Part shown: one piece after another, positions 1-13,902 of the stretch | Layout of the letters: every line of letters starts with the position of its first letter | Position numbering within the stretch: the stretch's first letter is position 1 | Assembly (NCBI GenBank): GCA_951406725.2 | Contig: OX597815.1 | Location: 73,842,001 to 73,906,000, forward strand | Origin: Octopus vulgaris | Lineage: Eukaryota | Reading direction: 5' to 3' | DNA: 64,000 nt | Made by a program: the position numbers and the translations under genes | The notes under the pieces: generated by a model | Seen by the model: only the letters and a program-made list of their open reading frames with translations | The model's database searches: none | Told to the model about the DNA's origin: nothing

Positions 1-1244
1 AACAAAAACGGATTAAAAACAGATAGTACGTGTCTGATGAAATAAACATCAACGATAATGACGGTGAAAGATAAAAATAAAACATCTGAAACGGCAACAA
101 AAAACATATCTTACGGTAAGAGAATTAAAATTAATTTCCATTTACTCTGCTACGAAATTATTCAGACAATACATCACAGCACATTACAATCCCCCACCCG
201 CTCGTTTCACCCTCGCAAAAAAAAAAATTAAAATAAAAAAAAGGAAGAACTGAGATAAACTAAACAAGCTCTAACAAAGGAAAATAAAAATAAAAAGCAC
301 GGTTTTTGTTTGCAAACACTGGCAAAAATCTAAACCTGCATTAAGATAAAACTTATTGGTCGAAGTAGCAACACTATTGTATCAATTTCAACAACTGTTT
401 GCTTGTTTGTTTTTTACTACAGTTTTTTCTTCACTTTTTTTCTTTTGTATTTATTAAAGCCAGGTTTGGTCGGAGAGAAGAGCAGAGGAGGAAGGGGCTG
501 GCAGGTCAGAAACAGGCAAAGCGTTTAAAATTAGTTGGAATAAATAAACAAATAAATAAAGCGTTGAACGAATTAATTTATTGAATGAGAGTAAAGAATA
601 AGCGCAACTTCTCCTGAGGATTCGGAGAATGTCAAATGTAAAGTGCAGTAATGATATTAATGAAGAGGATAAGACAATGGCGTAGAACGAAGCGGGATCA
701 ATAAAGGCTACAATAACTACAACCAACGTGAGAATGGTCATGATAATGACAATAGCAATAGCAACTAAAGCAAATTAACAACAGCAGCAGCAGTAGCAGC
801 AGCAGTAGTAGTTTAGTGTCGATAACTTCAAAAGTAGTGATGGAATTCATGACCTGAACTGCAGCCGCTTCCGCTCCCCCCCCCCACTACCATTGCCAAA
901 ACAACGACGATGAGAACGACGGCGACGATGACAACACTACCAACAAAAAATAAAAAAAAAAGAATAACACCATTATTATCAGGAACAACAGCAACGACAA
1001 CAACATTATTAGCTCTATAGCTTCTGTTACGACAACCATTACTACTACCATCACCACTCTGACCTCTACCACAACCACCATCACCATCACCACTCTGACC
1101 TCTATCACAACCACCACCACCATTACTACTACTACCACCTCCACTCCACCACCATTACTAATACTACTAATATTATTACTGCTGGTACTATTACTACTAA
1201 TACTGCTGCTGCTGCTACTACTACTACTACTACTACTACTACTG

Positions 1245-1284
<40 letters not shown>

Positions 1285-1419
1285 CGTAAACAAAACTGAT
1301 TTTGCCATCCACCATTCCCATCACACTATTATCATCCATCTCCAACAACAGCGGCACCGCCGCCGCCACCCCGCCACCACCATTAGATTTACTATTCCAC
1401 TATCTCCACCAACCATACT

Positions 1420-1644
1420 TATTTCTTTACTACCCACAAGGGGCTAAACGCAGAGAAGACAAACAAGGACAGACAAACGGATTAAGTCGATTACATCGAC
1501 CCTCAGTGCGTAACTGGTACTTAATTTATCGACCCCGAAAGGATGAAAGGCAAAGTCGACCTCGGCGGAATTTGAACTCACAACGTAACGACAGACGAAA
1601 TATGGTTACGCATTTCGCCCGGCGTGCTAACGTTTCTGCCAGCT
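1420..1644 (-). mobile_element. tRNA-derived SINE, family A
   Basis: A/B-box head (agctggcagaaacgttagcac...gagttcaaattcc), core gactttgcctttcatcctttcggggtcgataaattaagtacc (Meta/MESC-like by recall), tail gccccttgtgggtagtaaagaaat. Many copies in the window. Confidence 0.85.
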
Positions 1645-1944
1645 GAAGGCCTTCCCTCGTGGATACAGCAAAATCTGAAAGAAAACTGCAAGGAAGCAGG
1701 GATCCAGCAGGAGAGGAACAGTAAAAACAGTCCAGAGTCGAGAACAGCAGGAACAATCGACAATGGCCTATGCTCTACAGAGATTGAAGAGCTTAATACA
1801 AGCTTAGATAATCGTGCTGTAATGGTATGTTTTGAAGCTCTCCTTGGCTTTCAGTACAAAATGTAAGCAACGTAACATATTAAATAAAACTGAGCTAAGC
1901 GAGATTCTTTAACAGGTGTTACAAAACATTAAAAGATTCTCCAC

Positions 1945-2345
1945 AGGCGTGGCTGTATGGCAAAAAGCTTCCTTTCCAACCACATGATTCCGAGTTAAGT
2001 CCCACTGCGTGACACCTTGGACAAGTGTCTTCTACTATAGCCTCGAGACAACCAAAGCCTTGTGAGTGGATATGGTAGACGGAAACTGAAAGAAGCCCGT
2101 CGTGTGTGTGTGTGTCTTTGTATCTGTGTTTGTTCCTCCACCGCCACCGCTTGACAGCCAGTGTTGGTGTGTTTACATCCCCGTAAAATTAGCAGTTGGA
2201 CAAAAGACAACGATAGAATAAGTACCAGGCTTTAAAAAAAAAAAGTTCTGGGATCGATATTGGGATCGACTAAAAATTCTTCAAGGCGGTGCTCCAGCAT
2301 GGCCACAGTCTAATGACTTAAACAAGTAAAAAAAAAAAGATAAAA
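1945..2345 (+). mobile_element. tRNA-derived SINE, family B
   Basis: Head ggcgtggctgtatgg...agtcccactgcgtgacaccttggacaagtgtcttctactatagc, internal (GT)n, tail ggcggtgctccagcatggcc...aacaagtaaaa. Repeated at 12.3, 60.1 and 60.5 kb. Confidence 0.8.
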
Positions 2346-3081
2346 ATTAAATAACAGTAGATCTCGGACCATAAAGTTGATGCTGAGACATTTGGTACTA
2401 TTCATGTAGTGTTAGTTGATTTGGTTGTTGATTGTGAATAATTCGCCTTAAAATACTACTGTGGATCCCCAATTTACTATTTTGCTTGCGTGGACTCCCA
2501 GAAATCTTATATGGACCCCCAATGGGGCTGTATGGACCTTGTAGAGAAACACTGATTTAAATGGAAGTGTAAAATATATTAATTATACGCAGCGCTAGAT
2601 TTACCTATAGACTTGGCAGTCCATAGGTTGGTAAAGTGTGTAATATTTTTGATAATAAAGATGTGAGTGAGAGGAACGACGAAAGAACATACGGAAAAAC
2701 AAGGGAAAACAAGTGGGGAGGGAATCACACACACATACACACACAATGGACGCAACACTACACCCTAACGCTCCCTTTAGACACTTCCACTGTTATCAAG
2801 CATCATCATCGTCATCATCACCATCTACAGCAGCAAAAACAACAACATAAACGCCGACACAACTTAAAACGACATTAACAAATTTTTTTTAATCGAATTG
2901 TAAAATGGATGCCTTTTCATCTAATTCTCCTAAGCTTGTGTGTATGTCAATGTAAGTCCTTAAACAATATGTGTGTGGACGTGTGTCTTTGTACATGTGT
3001 GTGTATGTCTGTGTGTAGAAATGTCAACCGTTTCTTATTACCCAGATATATAGGCTGCTAAAATCTCGGCTGTATGTCAAT

Positions 3082-3147
<66 letters not shown>

Positions 3148-4610
3148 CACATACATACACATGGATATATCCCTCCCTTTCTTATTTGCACCAATCAACT
3201 ATTGACACTGTTCTCACAACACATGAGCCTCTACATGGTTGTTAAAACTGCGAGAAAATAGCTTCCAAAATTTCCTTCAAAGCATACCTCACATGTCTTG
3301 TAAAAGGACATAGAACAATGGATAATATACTCCTGGGCACACTATTCTTGAGTGAAAAAAATCTGACGGTTATGGTTAGAATACTTTTGATCATATAGGC
3401 CTTCCTGATTAGGGTCGGCGCAGGGCTCAACAGCACAACCCAAACAATATCTTTTCAACAATAATGCAAATCCCAACCAACTGCTCTCTATTTAAGAACT
3501 TGTATCCTTTTAATTCATTCAACCATGTTACTTTTGATGGTCATTGTATGACTCGAACCTTCACAAATAGTATTTAATCCTAAAACACTCGCCCGACGAT
3601 AGCTTACCGGGAAGCTCATCAACAGCTCGCCAATATAAATTTCTAATCTCTCAACTAAAAAATGGCTCACTAGCGAACACAGAAATTATTTCCTGTATTT
3701 TTAAAGCGCTAACCTTTCCTTCTGCATTCTCTTCCACCGTTACTGACCTCATCTTCAGTACACTCAGTACTTCTGTACAAACCAAATGTCTCTTCAACAA
3801 CCCGTTCATAACTGGTCCCAAATCTTAATTCCACGTCATCGCCCAGTTTAATTGCACCTTCACATTACATATCAAGTGTAAATTCTGTAATTTCCTTTGT
3901 ATTGGTTAAACCGGGTACCTTTTAGGGGACTCTTCCCGCATGTACCATCATGACGGTAATAACATACAAACAATAGACAAACCTGTCTCTAAATCTTTCA
4001 ATTCGCCAAGTTATTTCTTCAATCATTTTTCCGTGTGAAGACAGTTCAACCTTCACCCGTAAATACAATGAGAAAATTCTAATCTTTACTCTATGCTTTT
4101 TCTCGCCCACGGGCATTAATGGTCCGGATCTCCAGGTGGAAAGAACTGGATGAACAGAGTAGCCAATCTCAAAGTGACGAGTAGGGTAGCCAAAAATGGA
4201 CCGAGAGAAAGCTAACACTGAAAGATCGGGCCGAATGCTTCTTTCGGTTCCGTTATATATTGTTTACTTCAACTTTGTCTTCATTTCCAACCACAAAATA
4301 ACAGCCTGTACACAACTATACACATAAGTATATGCATCAATTTATATTTATGTGTGAATGACATGTGTGTGTGTGTGTGTGTAACCACGTTTGTATGTGT
4401 TATGCATTGATGCTTATGTATGAATATGTGCGTATATGTCTGTGTAAAAGATGAATATGTATGTATGTATGACAGTTTCATTCCAGACAGCAGTCATCAA
4501 ATGACGTCAGTGCTTCTCGGTTGGTACTCTATTTGATGAATGCCGTCCGGCAAGAAATTTGAAGTAATAGCTTAGTAGTCAACTTAAAAAGAATATGTTG
4601 TTGTTATTAA

Positions 4611-4812
4611 AGCGGCGAGCTGGCAGAGTCGTTAGCACGTCGGTCAAACTGATTAACGGCATTTTGCCCGTTGTTACGCTCTTAGTTTAAATTCCGCCGA
4701 GGTCTACTTTGACTTTCATCCTTTCCTTACTAGTTTGACACTGGAGTCGATGTAATCAACGTGTCCTCTTCCCCGAACTGCTAGTCCTATGCCTATGGTA
4801 GAAAGGATTATT
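4611..4812 (+). mobile_element. SINE family A, diverged copy with (ATT)n tail
   Basis: Starts agcggcgagctggcagagtcgttagcacg and matches the family A head and core. Confidence 0.75.
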
Positions 4813-5388
4813 ATTATTATTATTGATGTATTTCATTGTGTATGTATGTATGTTGTAAGAGAATTGCCATAGCGTGGGCGCAAAACACACAGTTTTACAT
4901 CGGAGTACCGCAAAGAAACTGTCCTCCTCTCCGCTCTTATTTATACTAAACCTCCCCTAGCAACAATAAAAAAAACGTTCGTAAAGCCTCATACACGCAG
5001 ATAGCATTACAGTCACGTTCTTCTTTCATTCATTTCACTCAGCTGCAGAACTTTTTTTTTTAATCCAGCATGAATCCTTTAGAGACAAGGATCCAAAACA
5101 ATAAGCTGAAATTAGTTCTAAACAAATTTACCATTATTTTTTTCTTCCCGGTTACAACAAAGGACAACAAATACATCCAACGATTACACATAAATACACC
5201 ATACACACACATTTGCACACATATACATACACACAAAAGACTAAAATGCTAGGAAATACATACAATACCTCTACAAATTTTACAACTCACATAGAAGAAT
5301 ATCAGTAAAGGAAGCAAAACAACTCATAACACATACATAGAGCAGCCACAGAGACAATATTTGGCCAACAGAACGAAACGGCAATACC

Positions 5389-5621
5389 TATTTCTTTACT
5401 ACCCACAAGGGGCTAAACTCAGAGGGGACAAACAAGGACAGACAAACGGATTAAGTCGATTACATCGACCCCAGTGCGTAACTGGTACTTAATTTATCGA
5501 CCCCGAAAGGATGAAAGGCAAAGTCGACCTCGGCGGAATTTGAACTCAGAACGTAACGGCAGACGAAATACGGCTACGCATTTCGCCCGGCGTGCTAACG
5601 ATTCTGCCAGCTCGCCGCCTT
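5389..5621 (-). mobile_element. SINE family A, full-length with 14-bp TSD
   Basis: Flanked by gaaacggcaatacc (5375-5388) and gaagcggcaatacc (5622-5635). Confidence 0.9.
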
Positions 5622-6310
5622 GAAGCGGCAATACCAGAGTACAAATAATACATTAGCTGCCGCACAAATTATACGGGTCCTGCCTGAGCCACAAATCTTC
5701 TCTCAAATGCAATAAACTACTAGATACACAGAACAGTGCATTTCGTATTATAACAGGCTGCATATTGAACACACTCAATGACCACCTGTACAACAGAAAG
5801 AAAAAATATTAAAAATGAAAAAGAAAAAAAATAGCTGGACATGAGAGAGACGCAACTGCAGGAATTTGCAACTCTCACAGTCTCTGTCATAACATGTGTA
5901 ATAATCCAATACACAACTACCCCACCTCTAATACTATTACAGCACCAGTCTAAGGATATTGGCCTTCCCAAAGCAGTCCAGATAAACATAACAAGCACAA
6001 AAATCCCAGCAGCATCTAAAACTCTCACCAGCGCCATAGGCAGAAGAGAAAAAAGCAACTATTGTGCTTTGACGGAAAACGACTTGACTGCCTCAGTTGT
6101 AACCACTGTCAGTTTCTGCAGGTGTCCAGAAACACACTTAGCAATGAAGAAAACATAACATATCTACATTGTCACACTGTGCAATAATAATGAACTGCTG
6201 CCTATCGGAATATGCAGTGTGATCCTTGGCTCAGTAGAGTTAAGGTATGATTTGATTTATGGATTGCAGTTTATCGTTCACACGATTATGTGCCTACAGT
6301 CTGCTTGTTT

Positions 6311-6777
6311 GGTGGCACATGGCCTAGTGGTTAGAGCAGCAGACTCGCGGTCGAGGGATCGCAGATTCGAATCTCAGACCGGGCGATGTGTGTGTTTATG
6401 AGCGAAACACCTAAGCTCCAGCAGAAGGTAATGGCAAACTTCTGCTCACTCTTTCGCCACAACTTTCTCCTACTCTTTGTGGAGGCACATGGCCTAGTGG
6501 TCAGAGCAGCGGACTCGCGGTCGAGGGATCGCAGGTTCGAATCTCAGACCGGATGATGTGTGTGTTTATGAGCGAAACACCTAAGCTCCACGCGGCTCCA
6601 GCAGAAGGTAATGGCGAACCTCTGCTGACTCTTTCGCCACAACTTTCTCTCACACTTTCCTCCTGCATCTTGCAGCTCACCTGCGACGGACCGGCATCCG
6701 TCGAGGTGGGGAACCTATACGCCAAGGAAACCGGGAAACTGGCCCTTATGAGCCATGCATGGCTCGAGAAGGAACAA
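6311..6777 (+). mobile_element. tRNA-Arg-like SINE family C, head-to-tail dimer within one 13-bp TSD
   Basis: A box TGGCCTAGTGG, anticodon-like GACTCGCG, B box GGTTCGAATC. A truncated unit (6311-6478) is followed by a full unit. TSD agtctgcttgttt at 6298-6310 and 6778-6790. Confidence 0.88.
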
Positions 6778-6849
6778 AGTCTGCTTGTTTAAGGCTGATC
6801 TGACTCTAAACAATAACAACAACAACAATGATGAAAGTAGTAGTGGTTT

Positions 6850-7046
6850 CAAATTTCAATTTTAGGGGACAAGATAAGTCGATTTCATCGTCTCCACTGC
6901 TCATCTGGTATTTATTTTATCGACTTTGTAAAGATGAACGACAAAATCGACTTTAAGGGAATTTGAACTCAGAATGTAAAGAACCAGAAGAAATGTTGCT
7001 AAGCATTTTGCCCGACGCTCCAACGCTTCCGCCAGCTTGCTACCTC
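6850..7046 (-). mobile_element. SINE family A, old diverged copy
   Basis: Degenerate match (atttgaactcagaatgtaaag...gccagcttgctacct). Confidence 0.65.
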
Positions 7047-8330
7047 TTATTATCGACAATTTTTATTTCACTTACTGACGGATTATTAAATAAACTATTC
7101 ATATTACACTCGTGAAACGGGTGCAGTAGTTTATTTGCTGTAATAGTTGATTTGTTGACTTTCAGAATAGCTAACACTACTTCGTGGTGAAAAATACTAG
7201 TAAAAACTTACAGGAAAAGGGCACGGAATTGGAGGGGAAATATGTAAAAATTAATTGATTTAGACAGAAAATGTTTTCATAGTAGGGAAAACTTGTCTAA
7301 TCCTTGCTTTTTCCCTTTTCCATAAGCTAGTGATAGCTATTTCGAAAGTCCACTGCTCAGCTACAATCTTACGCTTATCTCATGAGTATAATAGTTTATT
7401 TACTAATCCTTTGTTTAAAAAAATGGCTATTAATAATAGGCAAGTAACCTTTTGGTATCTTTGAAAAATACTTCGAGGCGAGAAATCACATGATTTTACG
7501 TACATTTATTTTTATTTTTCTAAATTTGATTTAAATAAGTGTCGTAGACCGAAAGATTAAATGTTGTACGATATTTGCGTTTTTGCGGTTAGTCCGTACA
7601 ATTAACTCTAAATGTTCAACGTAAATCATTCCTTACCTTCCGAATATTTTTTTTTTCTAACGAGTAGTGAGATACAATATGTTCTGAGTTTAAATCTCAA
7701 CTTTACTTCTTAACTCTAATTCTTAACTATTCGGACAGTCATTTCCATACTCTCTCCACGCGCAGCCTTGTGTCAGTCTAATAAAATCATTAGTTGCTCT
7801 GAGGGAGATTGCTTCTGAAGAAGATGGCTAGTGCATACGGCTGACCTGGGTAGATATGCCCTAAACTTTGGAGCATTTCTCCCCCCGACTTGAAATATTT
7901 TCTCTTTTGCAGTCATGCAACAACGGTATTGTGAACTAAGTAACAACTCATCAGCTCCAAGAAAAAAAAAAAAGCAAAGAAAAAGATGTCAAGGAAAAAA
8001 TGTTACAGGGAAACTTCGTTAATGGTTGATTTAACGTTTTATTTTGTTGCTTTCACGTATTAGTATATTTCAATGTTTTATTGAAGCTTTTGATTAAAAC
8101 GTGATTTTTACCCCCTCATACATGTAGTGCCATAATATAAATGACGTTTTCGTTGCATAAAGTCATCATATATAGTTAATAAACGACTTCAAATAATAAT
8201 TATTGTTTAATTATTCTAAATTTTTCCCCGGTGAGATTTTTTCCTCAGCAAAAAAGAAATAGTCGCATTTATTTATTTATTTATTTATTTATTTATATAT
8301 TTATTATTATTGTTGTTGTTGTTGTTGTTT

Positions 8331-8765
8331 AAGGCGGCGAGCTGGCAGAATTGTTAGCACACTAGATGTTGTGCTTAGCGGTATTTCGTCTGTCGCTACG
8401 TTCTGAGTTCAAATTCCGCCGAGGTCGACTTTGCCTTTCATCCTTTTCGGGTCGATAAATTAAGTACCAGTAAAACACTCGGGTCGATGTAATCGACTAG
8501 TCCCCTCCCGCCAAATTCGAGGCCTTGTGCCTATAATAGAAATGATTATCATTATTATTGTTATATTCCGGGCGAAATGTTTAGCTGTATTTCGTCTGCC
8601 GCTACGTTCTGAGTTCAAATTCCGGTCGACATTGCCTTTCAAGGTCGACTTTGCTTTCATCATTTCGGGGTCGATAAATCAAGTACCAGTTGAGTACTGG
8701 AGTCGATGTGATCGACTGTCTCCTCCCCACATAATCCAGACCTTGTGTCTATAGTAGAGATGATT
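8331..8765 (+). mobile_element. Two tandem SINE family A copies (8331-8545 full, 8565-8765 5'-truncated)
   Basis: Family A head and core with ggccttgtgcctataatagaaatgatt-type tails. Confidence 0.8.
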
Positions 8766-8787
8766 ATTATTATTGTTATTATCAAGC

Positions 8788-9671
8788 GTAGACCTGGAGT
8801 GTCGGCAAGTGCTCACAGATTTCTGCCAGTCGGGCAATGCGGTCGGTGGAAGTTCCACATTGGAAATCTATAGGAGATTAATGGCGGGCAAGAGCGACGA
8901 TGTCCTCTTGGAAACTCTGGGCGTCGGGAGAGATCAATTATCTGGTCTTTTCGGAGGACTTTTGGGTCGGGGCCTTTGGATAACTTCCAGAAATCCCTGG
9001 CCTGACAGCTTTCCCGGTGTGCACAGGGCGACGAAACCATCCTGCATGCACTCGTCGAGTGTCCATGCATTACTGACTTGTGAAGCTTTCTCGAACAGCT
9101 GTTGACACATGTAGGACGGATCCACTTATCTACCGAGTCCATTGTGAAGATCGCCCCGCCGCCTTCTTTCGGCTGGGAAGTAAAGGCAGGTTTTCTGTCT
9201 GACGGCTATGGCGAAGGAAGTAGTGTGGTAGACGAGATTGAGAGGACTGAAGACAGATATTTTCCTCTTCGGTCAAGTTGCCATTGACTTTTTCAAGTTC
9301 CACTTGAAAAGGAAAGCGAAGATGGTTAGCTAAGTACTGCCTCCCTAGTATTTTTGCTGAACGGTGGATGAATGTGGCGAGGATGGCCCGTGTGAATGGG
9401 CCTACTCTGAACATTTGCTTGTAAACCGGAGGAGTTGAGAAGGAGAGAGGCGTCTGCTGAGATGCACTTATGGTCGGGGTAACCAGGATGTATGGGGTCC
9501 CTCGGTTGTCCCAGGGAAGAACTCCCCACCCCTTTGGGGAATTTTATTGTTTGATTTTATTGTTGTTTCTGTTATTTATTGTATACTCGACATTATGCCA
9601 AAACTCACTTGTCCCTTGTATTGTATTGTCCCTATTTGTTTTTGAGTTTGGCCCTTGTGGCCAATAAAGAA

Positions 9672-9731
<60 letters not shown>
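8788..9731 (+). mobile_element. 3' fragment of an L1/Tx1-like LINE (ORF2 C-terminus, 3'UTR, (ATT)n tail)
   Basis: Interrupted frame ...DNFQKSLA*Q...RCAQGDETILHALVECPCITDL*SFLEQLL... contains the C..ET..H...C zinc-knuckle motif of L1/Tx1 ORF2. Ends ggcccttgtggccAATAAAgaa(att)n. Confidence 0.7.
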
Positions 9732-9733
<2 letters not shown>

Positions 9734-9985
9734 GGCGGCGAGCTGGCAGAATCGCTGGCACGCTGGACGAAATGCTTAGGGGTATTTCCTCCGTCGTTAC
9801 CTTCTGAGTTCAAATTCTGCCGAGGTCAACTTTCATCTGTCGCTACGTTCTGATTTCAAATTCCGACTTTGCCTTTCATCCTTTCAGGGTCGATAAATTA
9901 AGTACCAGAGAAACACTGGGGTCGATGTCATCGACTAGTCCCCTCACCCAAAATTCCAGGCCTTGTGCCTTTAGTAGAAAGGATT
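9732..9985 (+). mobile_element. SINE family A with internal partial duplication
   Basis: Family A head, duplicated acgttctga..ttcaaattcc segment, tail ggccttgtgcctttagtagaaaggatt. Confidence 0.8.
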
Positions 9986-10453
9986 TATTTATTTATTTAT
10001 TCTGCTATGTCACTATTTTCGTTCACTATTTAGGTTGAGACTTCACCCCTCTCCCCAATTCGTTCCCTCATTTTGTGTTACATGCTAGGCAGAAAGCATA
10101 ATCAAGTGCATCTTATTCAAGCAGTAGTTACAGTAAATGTAATGTGATATGAACAACTGCACGCCACTTCTTTCTACCGGAACGACTTGTCCAGTCGAAC
10201 ATTTTGACTCGGATATCGAAGCAATAAAGCAATCCTCGCCCATTATTATTTATCAGATTTTCTCCCTTGTTTTGTTCTGTTTTGTGTTGGTTTGTTATTG
10301 CTTTGCACTGCCTTTTATCCTGCTTTCATAAGGTGTGGTGGTTAAAAAAAAGATAATAATAATAAAAACACGGTGTTAAAATCGTTTATATTCCACATGA
10401 TCTGTAAAACGTATTTGCAAAACGCATAAATACGACAAACCGAAGTTAAAAGC

Positions 10454-10500
<47 letters not shown>

Positions 10501-10944
10501 TAATAACAATGATAATAAATAAATAAATATCTACACCACACTCACAGACACACTCATAAAAAATAACACGAAAAAAAAAAGAGCATGTAAGAGGAAATAG
10601 AAGATAACAATAACAACACCCACAAAACAACAAATAAATACAATGAAACGCCGGCTAAATGTCAGAACTTAATAATTTTGTTAATGTAAGTATTAATAAT
10701 AGATTGTCCATATTGTCTTCTTCTAGACTCACTGTTTGTCCCAAACCGTGGCTATTAATGAAATCATCACCGAATTAACCACAAATAATACCAAACGATA
10801 TGAATATACGTACGTACGTTTCTTTCGTTTACTGTTGTTCTTGCTCTCTTCTTCTGGTTTGATTGGCGGCGGTGGCAGTGGTGGCGGCGGCGGCGGTGAT
10901 GGGTAGTAAAGCAAAGAGAAAGATATAGACATCATACACACATA

Positions 10945-10951
10945 CACACAT

Positions 10952-11001
<50 letters not shown>

Positions 11002-11015
11002 GTGTGTGTGTGTGT

Positions 11016-11098
<83 letters not shown>

Positions 11099-11233
11099 TA
11101 TGTATGTATATATATATGTATATATATGTATATATATAGGTATATATATATATGTATATGTGTATATATATATATATATATGTGTGTATATACATATATA
11201 TGTATATATGTATATATATATATATATGTGTAC

Positions 11234-11306
<73 letters not shown>

Positions 11307-11340
11307 GTGTATATGCGCGTATGCATGTAAATGTATATAT
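10945..11340. repeat. Compound (CA)n/(TA)n microsatellite array
   Basis: Directly visible. Source of the YIYI/THTH pseudo-ORFs. Confidence 0.98.
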
Positions 11341-11847
11341 GAGATGAGTCGTCGGACTTTAACCCACTTTCTAAAGTAACAAACATGAAAGATTTAATAA
11401 CCTATATTATGATACAACTAAAGATCCAGCAGTTGAATAAGCCCATATACTTATTATTTTTCGTTTTTTTGTTTTTTGTCTGATTAATAAATGAGAATTA
11501 TAAAGCTTCTCTTGTTGCATTTTTAATCACTCTGTACAAATCCGAAATACGTACGTACATACATATACACAAACAGACAGACAAACTGCTAGGTAGACAA
11601 ACATGGCCATTAAAGGCTCGCGCACGCGCACACACACATGTACACATACATGTAAGCACAGTATATATGTGTGTGTGTCTGCTCATGCATATGTGAATAT
11701 ATATATATATATGTATATATGCACATATATACATATATATATATACATATATATATACATACATACATACATACATACATACATACATACATACATACAT
11801 ACATACATACATACATACATACATACATACATACATACATACATACA

Positions 11848-11878
<31 letters not shown>

Positions 11879-12092
11879 GCATGTGTATATACGTGTATGT
11901 GTGTGTGTGTCTTTGGCGATATTCCTTCTAGCTTTATGCTCCGAGTTCAGATGTCCCGGAGGTCGACTTTGCATTTCATCCTTTCGTGGTCGATGAAGTA
12001 AATACCTGCTGAGGACTAGGGTCCGTGCATCAGACTTATCACCTACCCTAAAATTTGCCGCTTTTAACTGTCGTAGAAAGGACTATGTGTGT

Positions 12093-12189
<97 letters not shown>

Positions 12190-12287
12190 GTGTTGTTGGT
12201 GATACAATGGCTGCTGGGAATGTACAATATGTCGTATTGAGGAAATCTGTTTATGCATTTGAGAAATAACCTCAGAATGTCTATTTA

Positions 12288-12559
12288 TACTCTTTTACTC
12301 TTTTACTTGTTTCAATCATTAGACTGTGGCCATGCTGGAGCACCGCATTTAGTCGAGCAAATCGACCCCAGGACTTATTCTTTGTAAGCCTAGTACTTAT
12401 TTTATCGGTCTCTTTTGCCGAACTGCGAAGTTAATCGGTTGTCAAGCGATGTTGGGGGACAAATACGGATACAAACATATCCACACACACACACACACAT
12501 ACATACATACATACATACATACATACATACATACATACATACATACATACATACATACA

Positions 12560-12645
<86 letters not shown>

Positions 12646-12745
12646 TACATTTATACGACGGGCTTCTTTCAGTTTTCGTCTACCAAATCCACTCACAAAG
12701 CTTTGGTCGGCCCGAGGCTATAGCGGAAGACACTTGCCCAAGGTC
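12288..12745 (-). mobile_element. SINE family B with expanded internal (ATAC)n/(TA)n
   Basis: Reverse complement of the family B tail and body. Confidence 0.8.
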
Positions 12746-13686
12746 CCATTATGTTCATCTTTTCTTTTTATGTTCTCTTTCAGTAAACAAAGGTTCTATA
12801 CATAGTAGGTGGGGTGGTATGGGGAAACAAGAACGACAGATCAGTAAGAGAACAATTGAATATTAATCGTTGACCAACGAGTCATTGATAACGAGTATTG
12901 TTTCTCTTCTATAAAGTTTTAAAGGGAAACGGAAGGGGGTCATGTTGATGCTCCCACTCCCATACTTAGACTTCAGTGACTAAAAATGATAGTTTTCCTT
13001 ATGAGCAAGCTGGGATGTTTTTATTTTATTTTGTTTAGTTATTTATTAATATTTATGCTGTTTGGTTGGTTGGTTGGTCTGGCTGGACCGAAGTATCTGG
13101 TTCTTAGAAACTGCGCAATACCGATAGCAAAATACAAGCTGTTGGCTCACTCGTTGAGTTTGGCGTCTTATATCATAGATCAGGGGTTTACAATTGTATT
13201 TAGATGAACAAAGACGGGATTCGATTTCTACGATCGTATTACCTTTAACACTAGCATGTAATAATTCAACTGAAAAAAAAAAGAAAACAATTATAAGAAA
13301 CTCGTACAGTTATTTCTATATGAAAGTGAAGCAACGTGAAACCAGGCGGTTGTGATGCGAACTTCTCAGCCACATAGCTATGCCTATACCTGTATTACTC
13401 AAGCTCCAGAAACAAAGCTTATAGTTTTTTCATTGTTCTCTATAAATTTCCAACAATCTTACAGTTTTCAAAATAACCAGGGATTTCCATGAGCACTGCA
13501 TGTTTGCTTATTAATATTTGATACTAACAAAAGCCTGAGCATTGAGATGGCTAAAGTAGCGATGAGAAAGAAATGTAGCTTCTTCCAAGAGTAGCAAGGA
13601 AAAAAAAGGTAATTACTAGTATCAATTCTCAGTACTAATAACCTATTTCAGTAGTAATATTTCATCTCAATACTAATCCGTTCTAA

Positions 13687-13777
<91 letters not shown>

Positions 13778-13851
13778 ATTAAAGCGCTATCGATACATTC
13801 CCGTGGTGTAAAAAATCTGTCGTGCTGCGGAAAGGAGGCGGTAAAAGTGTA

Positions 13852-13902
<51 letters not shown>

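Noticed and set aside
30-100. CTGATGA...GAAA as a hammerhead (also 19283 and 48505)
   Set aside because: No stems I or II can be formed. Chance occurrences.
887-1369. 160-aa Ser/Val-rich ORF
   Set aside because: Built from (CTA)n/(CAC)n trinucleotide repeats. No domain or splice support.
1645-1825. Possible plus-strand exon (EGLPSWIQQNLKENC..., donor ATG|GTATGT)
   Set aside because: No acceptor (it abuts a SINE), no partner exons, no recognisable homology.
6311-6560. tRNA-Arg gene
   Set aside because: The tRNA-like A/B boxes are SINE heads. They continue into a SINE body and are flanked by a TSD.
10729-12805. Many long ORFs (YIYI, THTH, MYVC, CVCV), also at 22.8-24.2, 49.3-49.9, 57.0-57.6 and 61.9-63.2 kb
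   Set aside because: Translations of stop-free microsatellites with no coding signal.
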